64,000 bases of DNA, taken from contig OZ024751.1 in NCBI GenBank assembly GCA_964016885.1, positions 48,112,001-48,176,000 on the forward strand. Reading direction: 5' to 3'. Below, piece after piece: positions 11,861 to 26,305 of this stretch. The notes under the pieces are model-generated. The model had not been told where the DNA came from. It did not search any database and was given only the letters and a program-made list of their open reading frames with translations. This DNA comes from Eledone cirrhosa (lineage: Eukaryota). Made by a program: the position numbers and the translations under genes. Positions within the stretch are counted from its first letter, which is position 1; each line of letters opens with the position of its first letter.

Positions 11861-14354
11861 TCATCTATATTAAAACTTTTATACTCTGCTATGTATTGAG
11901 TACCTTACTTACTGTGGTTACCTCCGATTCAACCCGGAATAACGTATATATATTATATATATATTTTGCGGTCTGAGTTCAAATCCCGCCGAGGTTAACT
12001 TTGCCTTTCATCCTTACGGGGTCGATAAAATAAAGTACCAGTAATGTACTGGGTATTTGCTGGCCTTGTGCCAAAAGTAGAAACAATTATATATATATTG
12101 AGCTCTGGAAAGAACTTCTACTAAGTGATAATTCGAACTGTTAGAAATAGCAGCCAAATCCTCCCCTACATCCTTTCTCACACAATACCACCTTAAAAAA
12201 AGAGCACATTGGTAGTGATGATGGTGACGGTAATGGTTGTGGTGGCGGCGGCGGTGGTGGAGGTAGTAGTAATGGCAGTGGTGGTGGAGGTGGTAATAGT
12301 GTAGGGTTGTGGTAATGGCAGTGGTGATGGTGGTGGAGGTGGTGGAGGTGGTGGTGGAGGTAGTGGTAATGGCGCTGGTGATGGTGGTAGAGGTAGTGGT
12401 AATGGAGGTAGTGGTAATGGCAGTAGTGGTGGTGGAGGTAGTGGTAATGGCGGTGGTGGTGGTGGTAGTGGTGGTAATGGTGGTGGAGGTAGTGGTAATG
12501 GCAGTGGTGGTAGTGGCAGTAGTGGTGGTGGTGGTGGTGGTGGAGGTAGTGGCAGTAGTGGTGGTCGAGGTAGTGGCAGTAGTGGTGGTGGTGGTGGTGG
12601 AGGTAGTGGCAGTAGTGGTGGTGGTGGTGGTCGAGGTAGTGGCAGTAGTGGTGGTCGAGGTAGTGGCAGTAGTGGTGGTGGTGGTGGTGGAGGTAGTGGC
12701 AGTAGTGGTGGTGGTGGTGGAGATAGTGGTAATGGCAGTAGTGGTGGTGGTGATGGTGATTGGTTATAAATGATGCTGATTATATAAAGTTGACGGCGAC
12801 GGCACTAACGCTGCTGCTGCAATTGTTAACTGTGACGATGATGATGATGATGATGATGATAATGATGATGATGATGGTGATGGTGGTGATGGTGATGGTG
12901 ATGGTGATGGTGGTGGTGGTGGTGATGGTGATGGTGATGGTGATGATGGTGGTGATGGTGATGGTGATGGTGATGGTGGTGATGGTGATGGTGATGGTGG
13001 TGATGGTGGTGGTGGTGGTATAGTTAGTAGTGATGATACTGGTGGTGGTGATGGTGGTGGTGGTATGGTTAGTGATGATGATACTGGTGGTGGTGGTGGT
13101 GGTGGTGGTGGTATGGTTAGTGATGATGATACTGGTGGTGGTGGTGGTGGTGGTGGTGGTATAGTTAGTAGTGAGGATGGTACTGGTGGTGGCGGGGTTT
13201 GGTAATGGTGATAGAGGTGGTGGTGGTGGTATAATTAGTAGAGAAGGTAAGGATGGTGGTGGCGGTGATGGTTGGTTGTATAGACAGTTAGTCATAATAA
13301 TTACTAGTGGGTGTTGGGGGCGTTTCTGTTTAACCCCCGGTCAACCCAAATTGCCTATATGATTATATGATCAAAGATGTTACAGCCACGACCATCCTGT
13401 CTCTTTAGGGAACATCTAGAGATTTAATATACACGGCCTGGGGTGGGGGAGAGAGGGTTAAAAGATAGTAGTTTAATTTGAGGTACTTTTGACTGCTATT
13501 TCTAGCAGACCTAGCGACCACGTAGAAGCTCGTTTATTGATATTTGTGGCGGTGATGGTGGGGGTGATTATTGTTGCAGTAGTAGAATTGGTAATGAGGA
13601 GGAGGTGATGGTGGTGGTGGTGGATGTAGTACTGGTGATGAGGAAGCCCGCGATGATGGTGATGATGATGATGATGCCTAAGATGAAGACGACGACAATG
13701 ATGAAAATGATGATGATGTGGAAGCCTGAGATGATGATGATGATGATGATGGGGCAATGTTAACCTCAGAACAAGCGAAGAGGGGCAAAGTTGACCTCGG
13801 AACAAGGGAAGAGGGGCAAAATTAACCTCGGAACAAAGAAAGAGGGGCAAAATTGACCTCGGAACAAGGGAAGAGGGGCAAAATTGACCTCGGAACAAGG
13901 GAAAAGGGGCAAAGTTGACCTCGATGACTTTTGAACTCAGAACGAAAAATCATTTTTGATCAACACACTAAATATTCTGCTAACCTTACCGTGGTGGTGG
14001 TGGTGATGATGGTGGTGGTGGTGATGGTGGTTGTGGTGATGATGGTGGTGATAGTGATGGAGGTGATGATGGTGGTGATGATGGTGGTGGTGGTGATGGT
14101 CGTGGTGGTGATGGCGATGGTGGTGGTAGTAGTGGTGATGATGGTGGTGGTAGTAGTGGTGGTGATAGTGGTGGAGGTGATGATGGTGGTGATGATGATG
14201 GTGGTGGTGGTGGTAGTGGTGGTGCTAGTGGTGGTTGTAAACACGATGGCAAAGGTTATAACGATGATGATGATGCTATTCGTGATGATAATGACGATAG
14301 TTGTTGTAATGACGATGGTGGTGATGATGATGACGGTGGTGGTAATTATGATCT

Positions 14355-14715
14355 GATGATGATGGTAACGATGATAATGATAATTGTGGTGATGATGGTG
14401 ATGTCTGATGATGATGACAATTGTGGTGATGATGGTGATGTCTGATGATGATGACAATTGTGGTGATGATGGTGATGTCTGATGATGATGACAATTGTGG
14501 TGATGATGGTGATGTCTGATGATGATGACAATTGTGGTGATGATGGTGATGTCTGATGATGATGACAATTGTGGTGATGATGGTGATGTCTGATGATGAT
14601 GACAATTGTGGTGATGATGGTGATGTCTGATGATGATGACAATCGTGGTGATGATGGTGATGTCTGATGATGATGACAATTGTGGTGATGATGGTGATGT
14701 CTGATGATGACGATG
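14355..14715. repeat. 37-bp minisatellite within the (GGT/GAT)n low-complexity block 12210-15660
   Basis: Unit TCTGATGATGATGACAATTGTGGTGATGATGGTGATG, about 9 copies. Confidence 0.9.
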
Positions 14716-15711
14716 ATGATGATCTTAGAATACATTAGGTTTTCATATTTTTTCTTTAAAAAAGCGCAACAGTGAAGTGAGTTGTCAATGGAAGGGGGGG
14801 GGGTGAAGGGGTATGAGTGAATGTGAGACAGAGGTGGTGGTGGTGGTAGTGGGGAGAAAGGCGAGGAGGGAGGAGGGAAAGGAAATGAGATAGGAGGGGG
14901 GGGAATAGCGACAAGAAAATCAGGAGATACTCCAAACAAACCTCCTCTCGCCACCCGCTCCGCTCCTTCAATTTGGTGAAAAGGATAGAGGTGATGGGGT
15001 GGAGTGGGGGGAGAGGGGTGGTAATAGTTGTGGTGGTGATGGTGGTGGCGGGAGTTGTGATGATGGTGGTAATGGTGGTGGCGGTGACGGAGTTGTGATG
15101 ATGGTGGCGGTGGTTGTAGTGATGGGGATGGTGGTGGTTGTAGTGGCGGTGACAGAGCTGTGATGGTGGTAATTAATGATGGTGGTTGTGGTGACGGAGT
15201 TGTGATGGTGGTTGTGGTGGCGGTGACGGAGGTGATGGTTGGGCGGTGACGGAGTGGTGATGGTTGGGGTGGTGATGGTGGTAATGGTGGTGGCGGTGAC
15301 GGAATGGTGATGGTGATGGTGATGTGGTGGTGGTGGTGACAGGGTGGTGGTGGCTTTGAGATGTAAATGACGTGTAGAAGATGGTAATAACGAGAGAGGG
15401 GGGTGAGAAGGGAATGGTGGTGGTGAAGGGTGGTGTGATAAGGGTGGCTTTGAGATGCAACGGCCATGTGAATGTGGGTGACGTGGGGGCAAACGCTAGT
15501 GGTGAATGGTGATGGTGGTTGTGCTAGCTGTGATGGTGAAGGTAGAGCGGATGACAGTGATTGTGGTGGTGAGGAGGGTAGTGGTGGTGGTGGTGGTGGT
15601 TGTGGTGAAGGTAGAGGATAGTTGTGGTGATGGTGGCGGAAGATGGTTAGATGGTAAGGAAAGTGTGGGATTATACTGCCGCCCATGTCTCAAAGTTTCT
15701 CAAAGAATATT

Positions 15712-15781
<70 letters not shown>

Positions 15782-15803
15782 CAGGAAAAAAAAACCACCG
15801 GGA

Positions 15804-15858
<55 letters not shown>

Positions 15859-15938
15859 AGTGAAAGAATAGAGAGCGAGAAAGAAGGAAAGAGAGTGAGA
15901 GAAAGAGAAGAGAGTAATAGAGTAGAGAGGGAGAAAGG

Positions 15939-15983
<45 letters not shown>

Positions 15984-16459
15984 ATAGAGAGGGAGAAAGC
16001 GATAGAAAGAAAGATAGAAAGAAAAAGAGAGAGAGAGAGAGAGAGAAAGAGTGTGTGTGTGTGTGGTAGATGTAGTGCATTAATTATGTATCTTGGTATA
16101 CGTGAATAATAGGTGCATGCTGCATGGCATATACGGGTAGAGTTAGACTTTGTCAGTTTTATTTTAACAAATAACTATAGATCTCCATTTCAACAGTTTT
16201 GCAATAATGAAACTATTTGAAAATAGTAACAATAACAATTGTTTCTACTTTAAGGACAAGGCCAGCAATTGGAGTGGGGGGGGGGGCGATTAAATCAACC
16301 CTAGTGTGTTACTGGTACTTTATTTTATCGAGCTTGTAAGGATGAAAAGCAAAGCTAACCTCGACAGGATTTGAACTCAGAACGTAAAGAGACGTAATCC
16401 TACGCCATAAAACATGGTGTCTGACGCTCTACCGATTCTGCCAAGAGAAAAAGGATGAG

Positions 16460-16532
<73 letters not shown>

Positions 16533-18155
16533 GGGGGGAGGATACACTTTAAAAATAAAAGGGAGAGGGGAGAAGAGGCAAACTACACCCCTGGATAGGC
16601 GGTACAGCTCAGCTGCGACCCGTGGACAAAATGAGGGAAAACACCTCCGCGAAGAACAGCCAGCGACACCCGCTGCACCATCCATTCTACTTCATGAGAG
16701 GGATTGCGGGGTTGCTTCCACGAGAGAGAGAGAGAGAGATATACAGCCGAGGAAAAACCTCAGTCCGCGAGTCGAGGACACCGAAGATCTCAATGGCAAT
16801 TTAAATTGTACTATAAAGTGGGTAGATTGAAATGTGTCGGCCGGTTTAACACTACCGCCATCATCATCATCATCACTACAATCATCACCATCATCACTAC
16901 AACAACCGCCACCATCACCACTACCATCACGACAACTAACACCATCACTACCAGAACCACCACCATCATCACCATAACACCCGCCACCATCATCACCATA
17001 ACACCCGCCACCATCACCACTACCATCACTACTACAACTGCCACCACCACAATCATTACGACAACAGCCGCCATCACCACTACCATTACTACCACAACTG
17101 GCACCACTATCATTACAACAACCGCCACCATCACCACTACCATTACTACCACAACTGGCACCACTATCATTACGACAACAGCCGCCATCACCACTACAAT
17201 CACTACTATAACTGCCACCACCACCATCATTACGACAACCGCCACCATCACCACTACAATCACTACTATAACTGCCACCACCACCATCATTACGACAACC
17301 GCCACCACCACCGCCACCACCACCACCATCATTACGACAACCGCCACCACCACCACCATCATTACGACAACCGCCACCACCACCGCCACCACCATCATTA
17401 CGACAACCGCCACCACCACCACCACCACCATTACGACAACCGCCACCACCACCACCACCATCATTACGACAACCGCCACCACCACCGCCACCACCACCAC
17501 CATCATTACGACAACCGCCACCACCACCACCACCATCATTACGACAATCGCCACCATCACCATCACCAGCTGTTTCTTGGGTACTTTTAGCAGATTCCAC
17601 TCTGTTGCAAGCATTCACACCAGGTCTCCGGTTCGAGAAAACCTTTCACCCCTCTCTCTCTCTCTCTCCCGCTCATCAGTCTCAGAGACCCTGGAGTAAG
17701 TCTGAGAGAGAGAGGAGGGGGACTGAGGGGTCATGAGCGCTGACAATTTCAAAAGTCACGTGAATACTAGCAGAAACTTGGAATTCAATTATTCAAGAAA
17801 CTTGGGATTCAATCAATTTATAATTGATTAAAGAAAATCATTAATTACAAAAGCAATTAAAATAAAATAGATTACAACACTTAATGAGTCGCCTGGTCTA
17901 CAATATGAATTCAACAATTATACCATGTATGTGTGTGTGTCATTTATACCATGTGTGTGTGCGTGACATTTCTATCGTGTAATGTATTAGTGTGTTATGT
18001 CTTGTGTGTACGTGTGTGGATACTATGTGTATGTGTGTGACATTTCTATCGTGTAAATTGTATTAGTGTGTGGATTCTATTTCGTGTGTGTGCCATGTAT
18101 TGTGTATACGTCTGTGGATTGTATAACGTGCGAGTGTGTTTATCGGTCTGTCTGT

Positions 18156-18203
<48 letters not shown>

Positions 18204-19105
18204 GCGTGTGCGTGTGCGTGTGTGTGTGTGTGTGCTGGTGTTGTTTCTATCACATGTGTGTATGTGTGTGTCCGTGTGTGTGTGTTTACATTCAAAGACA
18301 CACACAATAGGGGAAGATGATAGAAAAGCAAAATCGACCCGAGTCGGATTTGAACTCAGAAGAAATCCAGGAGCAAGTACCCAAGTGAATTAGTTGATAG
18401 TCAGACGATAAAACATGATAAATGTACCTAGTACCCTAGCATGGCCACGACTGAGAGAGTGTGTGTGTGTGTGAGTGTGTGAGTGTGTGTGTGTGTGAGT
18501 GTGAGTGTGAGTGTGTGTTACAGAGATAGTAACATGTAAGTCCATAGAGAGTACTCAGATTTTGTGGGGGAATGGTGAAATTTATGAATCTAAGTAGTTA
18601 AGGATATACAGGAAGATAGCACGATGGATGGATAGATAAACAAATAGATAGATGAAGGGAGTGGAGGAAAGATAGATACGCATAGATAAATGCATATAAT
18701 AATAATAATATATGTGTATGTGTAGGTAGGTGGATGGAAGGATAACTATATAGATAGCTCGATGGATGGAAGGGCAGATATAAGATAGATAGATAGATAA
18801 ATAGGTAGGTACTAATTTATCAGTGAAAAATAGCAGTAACTTCAAAGTTACAGCTTGGTCGTTTCATCAGGTTGAATATTTGAATGGATACAGACATGCA
18901 GGAAAACGCACAGATAGAGAAATAGATAGATAGATAGATAGATTTCTTTATTAGCCACAGGGGCACAAAAGAAGGGGACAAATACAAAGGGGGAAGTTTA
19001 CATACAATAAAAACGTGTAAAATGTTATCACAAATGGAATTTAAAAAGTTAGTCGATTTTCCCCAATAGAGGGAGACAGTTTATATGGGTAACACATACC
19101 CCCGA

Positions 19106-19139
<34 letters not shown>

Positions 19140-19162
19140 CACAGACATACAGATAGATGACG

Positions 19163-19195
<33 letters not shown>

Positions 19196-19454
19196 TCGGA
19201 TTGATAGATAGGTAGATACAGAGAGAGAGAGATTAACCAGATGACACATATTTGATAGAAGAATGAATAAACTACAGCTGGGGCAACTGTGAGAAATATG
19301 ACAGTTGCTACAGCATATATTGAAATACATTGTATATATATATATATATATATATTCTGTGTTGGGATCGAATTTATATAATAGAAAGTATAGGGACATA
19401 TTGAGAGTAGATGCATGTGTCTATATGTGTGTGTGTGGGAGTGGGTATACACAT

Positions 19455-19493
<39 letters not shown>

Positions 19494-19529
19494 AACGTAG
19501 ACCTTGAAAAATATACAGAGCCCTATAAC

Positions 19530-19560
<31 letters not shown>

Positions 19561-19657
19561 ATATGTATTTAAATTGAGAAGACTAATAAAGTAATCCAAA
19601 CAATATATAAATGAAAAGTATAGAAATCGTTGTAGCGAGAAGCTAACAGTATTCCAT

Positions 19658-19698
<41 letters not shown>

Positions 19699-19959
19699 AG
19701 AGAGAGAGAGAGAGACGGTTCACAATATATACGAATATATTTATACATATACATAACTGTATATATGTACATGAATACGTTAATCCTTTATATACATGTC
19801 CTCATATATACACATGCATATACACATATGTGTGTGTGTATATGTATTCATGCGTACACACGAATGCATCTATATGTATATAGTATATGTATATATAAAC
19901 ATATATGAATGCATGCATGAATATTCATGTAAGTATATATCACATATACAACGAATATG

Positions 19960-20010
<51 letters not shown>

Positions 20011-20056
20011 GTGTCCATGTATGTATAGAACTTAAAACCGATGTGGTGGTCCTTAC

Positions 20057-20101
20057 CTGATTGGCTTTGTTGATTTGTTTCCTTAATCCGGCGAAAGACA
20101 T
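20057..20101 (-). CDS. EndoA: Endophilin A (SH3GL family), first coding exon (N-BAR helix H0)
   Basis: Minus strand reads ATG TCT TTC GCC GGA TTA AGG AAA CAA ATC AAC AAA GCC AAT CAG|gtaagg = MSFAGLRKQINKANQ. This matches the endophilin A N-terminus (fly MAFAGLKKQINKANQ, human MSVAGLKKQFHKATQ) with a 45-nt phase-0 exon. No exon 2 was recognised in 1-20056, so the gene probably continues beyond the left edge. Confidence 0.88.
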
Positions 20102-20954
20102 GATTGCTGATTTTTTTTTTTAAAAAAGATCTACACGGCGTTAAGGATTGTGTGTGTATATATATATATATGTATATATGTGACTATATATATGTATATA
20201 TATATATAAATATATATGGTGTTTGAGTGCTCAGATGTTGGATTGGTGTGTTTTAGCGGGTAAATGAGACTTTTGGAATCGGTGTCGTATTTTTTACTAA
20301 TCTACGATGCTTACAACAGCACTATATGTATCATTTATACATACATACATTATATATATATATTACACATATATATATATATATATGTATGTATTTGTAT
20401 ATATAAATATAATTAATTTATATATCTATATACATATATACACTGTGTGTATATATAGTGTGGTGTATATAATATTTTAGTGCCGTTCCTGTAAATATAT
20501 ATATTATATTGTAAAAGAAGCGGTGACACACCGCTCAAAACTGGCAACGTACTCCTTAGCTCCTCAATGAGGGTGTGTGTATGAGAGAAAGAGCGAGAGT
20601 GTGTCTGTGATGAGAGAGAGTTATGTAAATAGAGAGGGAGTTGAGTGAGATACAGATATATAGAGAGGGAGTTGAGTGAGATACAGATATATAGAGAGAG
20701 TGTGTTTTGAGAGAGCGACAGGCAGTGAGACTCTTGCGCTCGCGCACTCACTTTTCTGTCTTTCTCTGTATATATGTTAATATATACGATATAATATATA
20801 TATATATACGATATAATATATATATATATAGATATATAGATATATATATAACTGTGATCGTGTGTTCGTTTATATCAAGGAGCAAACCTGTGTGCATGTA
20901 TATATATACTTGATTATATCGCGTGAAATAATTTCAAGGATATATATGTATGTA

Positions 20955-21018
<64 letters not shown>

Positions 21019-21149
21019 GGGGTTATATTTAATTTGTTGGGATTCAACAAGCTTAAAGATGTTTATAACTGATATAAAGCACTCAACAAATAAGTGGAGT
21101 AAATATACAATATATTAACAAATGGAAACTATATTTATAAAACCATATT

Positions 21150-21205
21150 TATTTTATTATACATATTTCAAGGGCCACCAAGGTGCGCTTTCATCAGATA
21201 AAATA
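21150..21205 (-). ncRNA. Minimal hammerhead (family A, short stem II)
   Basis: TATTTTAT-CTGATGA-AAGCGCACCTTGGTGGCCCTT-GAAA-TATGTA-TA^ATAAAATA. Confidence 0.68.
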
Positions 21206-24200
21206 CAATACAGATTAGTTTTATAAATATAAATATATATATATACGTGTGTGTGTGTGAAATGGCAAACCTCAACAATTATTATTGTAGTGTTTAAAAT
21301 ATTGCTATTACTGTTGCTGCATTCTATCTTGTCTTCGTAGTCAAAAACAAGAACCAATACATTATTTTTATTACATTACATACATTGTGTATATATGCGA
21401 GAGTATATATATAAGTATATTTAATTATGTATCGATATATTCATAAAGTTCTATATGTATTTATATATATGTGTGTGTGTGTCTGTGTATCAATAGCTTA
21501 CTGTTATTTCCGAATTCCCCCCACCAGTATCACCTGCTATTTTCAAGCAAGAGATCGTGTTAGAAGATTCGATCTAAGCAATACCAAGTTACAGTCGGGT
21601 GTATATGTATATATATGTGTGTGTGTGTGTATCTGTGTATATATAAGGAGGTGCGCGTGTGAGTGAATGGGCATGAATGAGTGAGCGGCAAAATAGTATC
21701 TGTGCGTATATATATGTATGTGTTTGTGTTTGAAATAGACAGAGAGGTGGAGTGGAGAATAGAATGAAAGAGGGCAGTGGGGAAGTGTGTATGAATATGC
21801 GAGAGGGAGTGTGTAAGAAAGAGAGATAGAGGGGGAGTGTGTATAAGACAGAGAGATAGAGAAAATGGGAGTGTTATTAAGTGATAGAGAGGGTCATAAA
21901 ACAGAGAGAGGTATCGTTTGGATGAGAGAGTATGGATATAAGGGATAAGTGTGTATGCGCGTTTTTACCATCTGCTCGCGTGTATATGTGTATATATATT
22001 TATTTATTCATACGTATATATGTGTATTTATGTTTGTGACTATATGCATGTGCCTCTGCTACTACAACCCTTTGCAGAAGTGCTGATATTACGAGCCCTT
22101 CTCTCTACTCCTCCTACTACAATTGTCACTCATCCTCTTCTATTACTATTACTGTTACTACTACCCATGCTACTCCTTAATATCGTAATGATGCGGGGGG
22201 AGGGGGGGCGACGCTGTTTACGATCGTTATAGTGTTTATTTTCTTGTTGAAGATGTACTGGATTGTTGTTGTTGTTGTTGTTGTTGTTGTAGTTGTTGTT
22301 GTTGGTGGTGGTGGTGGTGATAATGGTGATGCTGGTGGTGGTAGTGGTGGTGATGGTGATGAAGATGGTTTTAAAGGTTGTGGTGGTGGTGGTGATAATG
22401 GTGGTGCTGGCGATGGTGGAGTTTATTGTTGTGATGGTAGTGGTGACGATCCGGTGATGGTGGTGGTGGAGTTCGTTATAATGGTGATGGTGGTGGTGAT
22501 GATGATGGGGATGATGCTCGCGTTAGCGTTATTGGTAACGATAGTGATGGTGGTGATAATGGTGGGGAGAGGACGATGATAGTTGTGGTGGTAGGCGGTG
22601 TAGTGTTTGTGTCGGCGATGGTGTAATTGGCAGTTGTAGTGATGATGGTGGTGTTGGTGATGGTGCCGGTGTAGTGATGTTAACAATACTGATAGTGTGT
22701 GAGGGTGGTGACGGTGGTGATGGAGCTGATGGGGGTGGTGGTGGTGCCGGTGGTAATTATGGTGGAGATGTTGGTGATGATGGTGGTGGTGGTGACGATG
22801 GTGGTGGTGGTGATGATGGTAATGGTGTTGGAGTAGAAGAGAAGATTTATGATCAAATGCATTCCACCCATGACCATCCCGTGTTTATCTTTTGTTTTAT
22901 ATAATACTTCCTTTAATCTATATTCTTAGACAACACAGGTGATTAAACCTTTTCTTACCAAACTACCCAAAACCTTCCTAAATTCTTTGATATAGGGTTT
23001 GTGTTTTGCTTAAGTGGTTTTATCGATCTAAAAATCTTCCGTCATAATTTTCTCTAAGACCCTCCCTTAAGTTATGTTCCAAAAACCAATTTAATAAAGA
23101 AAAAAAATATTTGTATTATTAGATCTCTCCAAATTGTTGATAATTTTCAAAATCATTTGAAAATCATTGGTAAGGATTTTCACAAGAATTATGGTAAAAG
23201 AAGGCGGTAAATTAATAGAGTCATTAGAACAGCAGATACAAAGATTTGCGTTATCCATTCCGGTTCACCGTACTCAGGGATCGATTCCAGCCAAGGTCAA
23301 TATAAAAAAAAAATCAGTATAGTACTGAGGTTAGTTCTTCCTTTACATTTCCTACAAGAACATAAAATCAATCGATCCTTAAAAATCATAAGCTGATGCC
23401 AACTGGAGCCCCCCCCCCCTCTCCATTGCGTCTGTCTGAACTATGAAACGAAATTGAAAATCTACTCGAAATCTTTAACATAATTCAACAAACTCGTGTC
23501 AGCTGCCAAAAAATGAGTTGTACCGGTAAATTCAATGGACTAGCTCTGTTACGCGCATTTTAATTTTACAAGCAAGATATTCCGACGGTGCTTCTCCAAT
23601 ACACAGTAATTTTAAGAGAAAGAAAAAAAAAAAAGGAAGGGAGGTAAGCAAGGAAACTAAAAGCATAAGGTGAAGAACTCTATTAGAAGAAAAAAATAAG
23701 GGAATTAATCATCGAGAGCAGGCAGGAACAACGCCAACGACGGAATATTTAAACGGTTGCTCTCTTAAATTATCCTTTCCAGTCAAAATAAATGTCACTT
23801 TGGACAATTTCAGTACCTCATATACAATAGTAACAGAATGATCACGGCAGAAAATGCCTTTGCTCATAGGTTTCCGTTGTGCTAAATGGCGAAGGTTATG
23901 ATCTAAAGTTTTAAAGTCTTTCTTGTTTTCTATGGCGTGAAGAGACTGAAAGTACAAGACTTCCCACTGGACAGCTGAATATACAGTGAAATAAAGTGAT
24001 TTATTCAAGAACACAACATACAACACAGTCAATGAATCGAACCCACGTCATTATGATCATAAGTTCAACATCTTTACCACTAGGCTACGCGTTTCCACGA
24101 TGGTTATGATGGTAGTGTTAAATGCAGTTAGGAAACCGTAGCTTGTAATGTCTATACTGCTAATGTTGATGCTTAGTGATAATCATAGATCTTTACGAGA

Positions 24201-24871
24201 TACGAGCCTTGTCTGACGATCCTGTTGACACAGGCGGAACTCGAGAGTAACAGGGCTCTGGTTTGCCCCTAATAAAAAGAAAAGCATTAATCTCTACTTT
24301 GGTATTGAGTACTCATTTTCGAGATCCTCAGTATATATATATATATACTGTACCGATTGTATATATATACTGTCGAAACGGCTTGAGCTCTGCCGTCGGG
24401 GTTAAACATTTTCCTGTATATATATATATATATCCAATGCGGTATTATACCACACATCATTTCAATTCATACATACATACACGCATACATGAGCGCACAC
24501 ACGCATATGTATACATACACACATGCAAACATACATACGTAAATACATTGGGAGATACTATCAGACACTAGTTGCATAATGTGAGATAGTGTGTGTGTGT
24601 GTGAGGGAGAGAGAGAGAGAGGAAGTGTGTGTGAGATAAAGAAAGAGAGGAAGAGGGAGAGGGAGCGTATGTGAGAGAGGGAGCGTGTGTGAGAGAGTGA
24701 AAGAGGGGAAGAGAGAGATGGAGAGGATGAGAGAGCGAGGAAGAGAATGAGAGAGAGATAGAGGGAGCGTGTGTGAGAGAGTATATGTGTGAGAGGGAGA
24801 GAGAGAGAGAGAGAGAGAAAGAAAGAGAGAGAATATGTGTGTGTGAGAGACACAGAGCGAGAGAGAGTATA

Positions 24872-24919
<48 letters not shown>

Positions 24920-25003
24920 TATATGTGTGTGTGAGAGAGAGACACAGAGAAAGAGAGAGAGAGACAATATGTGTGTAAGAGAGAGAGAGAGAGAGAGAGT
25001 ATA

Positions 25004-25044
<41 letters not shown>

Positions 25045-25099
25045 ATGTGTGTGTGTGTGTGAGAGAGAGAGAGAAAGAAATAGAGAGAATATGTGTGTG

Positions 25100-25160
<61 letters not shown>

Positions 25161-25625
25161 ATGTGTGAGAGAGAGAGAGAGAAAGAGAGAGTATGTGTGT
25201 GTGTGTGAGAGAGAGAGAGAAAGAGAGAGCGGTATTATGGCGCTGCTTCCGTGTTGACATATTATGCTAAACTGTGGAAGACGCCAAGAAAATCCATGGA
25301 TGTGTTGCTGCATTCAAATGTAACGCCTACAGCTCGGGGAAACTCCAGTCTTTCCTAAATCGCAAGACATTTTACAGAGAACATTCCATATTTTCCCTCC
25401 CCCTCCTCCATATTCTTATTCTGCATCTTCTTTTCGTTTTCTTCTTTTTATTCTTCTTCGTCTTCTCCCTCTCCTCCTCCTCCTCCTCCTTCTTTTTTCA
25501 TCTCCTTCTTCTTCGTCGTCGTCATATTTTCTAATTGTTTTGTCTGACGATCGAGCTAGATGTTTCTGTAAGAATCATCGAGTTTCTCGAAACCCTCTGT
25601 AATGGAATAATTATATGCTGTTGCT

Positions 25626-25681
<56 letters not shown>

Positions 25682-25811
25682 ATACTTTGGGAGGGTCATG
25701 TTGCCAATAAGAAACACACGCACCAGTTGCTTTCACTCCAATTTATGGAGAAAAACAAGATGGCGTAGGACAGAACAAAGGAGAGGTAAAAAACAAAGAA
25801 AAGAATCACCA

Positions 25812-25854
25812 GTCACTGAAGAGGTCACAGAATGTGTGACGAAAGAACTTTGAC
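25812..25854 (+). ncRNA. Minimal hammerhead (family C)
   Basis: GTCA-CTGAAGA-G GTCACA gaatg TGTGAC-GAAA-GAAC-TT^TGAC. Confidence 0.6.
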
Positions 25855-26066
25855 AATATATGAACAACCGTCTGGTTGTGGAACCAACCAACCTACCAAC
25901 CGGAAATATAAAAATTCTTAAATTTATAAATTTAATTTATAATAAATTGAAGTGAAAGCAACTGGTGCGTGTGTTTCTTATTGGCAACATGACCCTCCCA
26001 AAGTATAACAATATCGGTTTCAACACACGTTTTCAGATAAAGAATCTTGCTAAACAAATTCAGAAA

Positions 26067-26109
<43 letters not shown>

Positions 26110-26243
26110 CAGAAGGGATATTCAATTTGTTGGTAATTCAACAAATATAAATGTTTATAACTGATTCAGAACACTCAACAGTTTCTGGAGTATAATATTC
26201 AATGATATTAAATAAATGGAAACTATATTTATAAAACCGTATT

Positions 26244-26305
26244 TATTCTATTATATATATTTTAAGGGTACCAAAAACTTTGGTACGCTTTCATCAGATA
26301 AAATA
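26244..26305 (-). ncRNA. Family A hammerhead with core mutation (GAAA to AAAA)
   Basis: Stem II GTACC/GGTAC; palindromic TATATA loop III. Confidence 0.5.

Noticed and set aside
12200-17700. Long poly-Val/Thr/His/Gly ORFs
   Set aside because: (GGT/GAT/ACC)n low-complexity tracts without convincing splice context
25228-25370. ATGGCG/CTTCCG promoter-like stretch and a THAP-like C-x4-C peptide
   Set aside because: Too short to support a gene or promoter call
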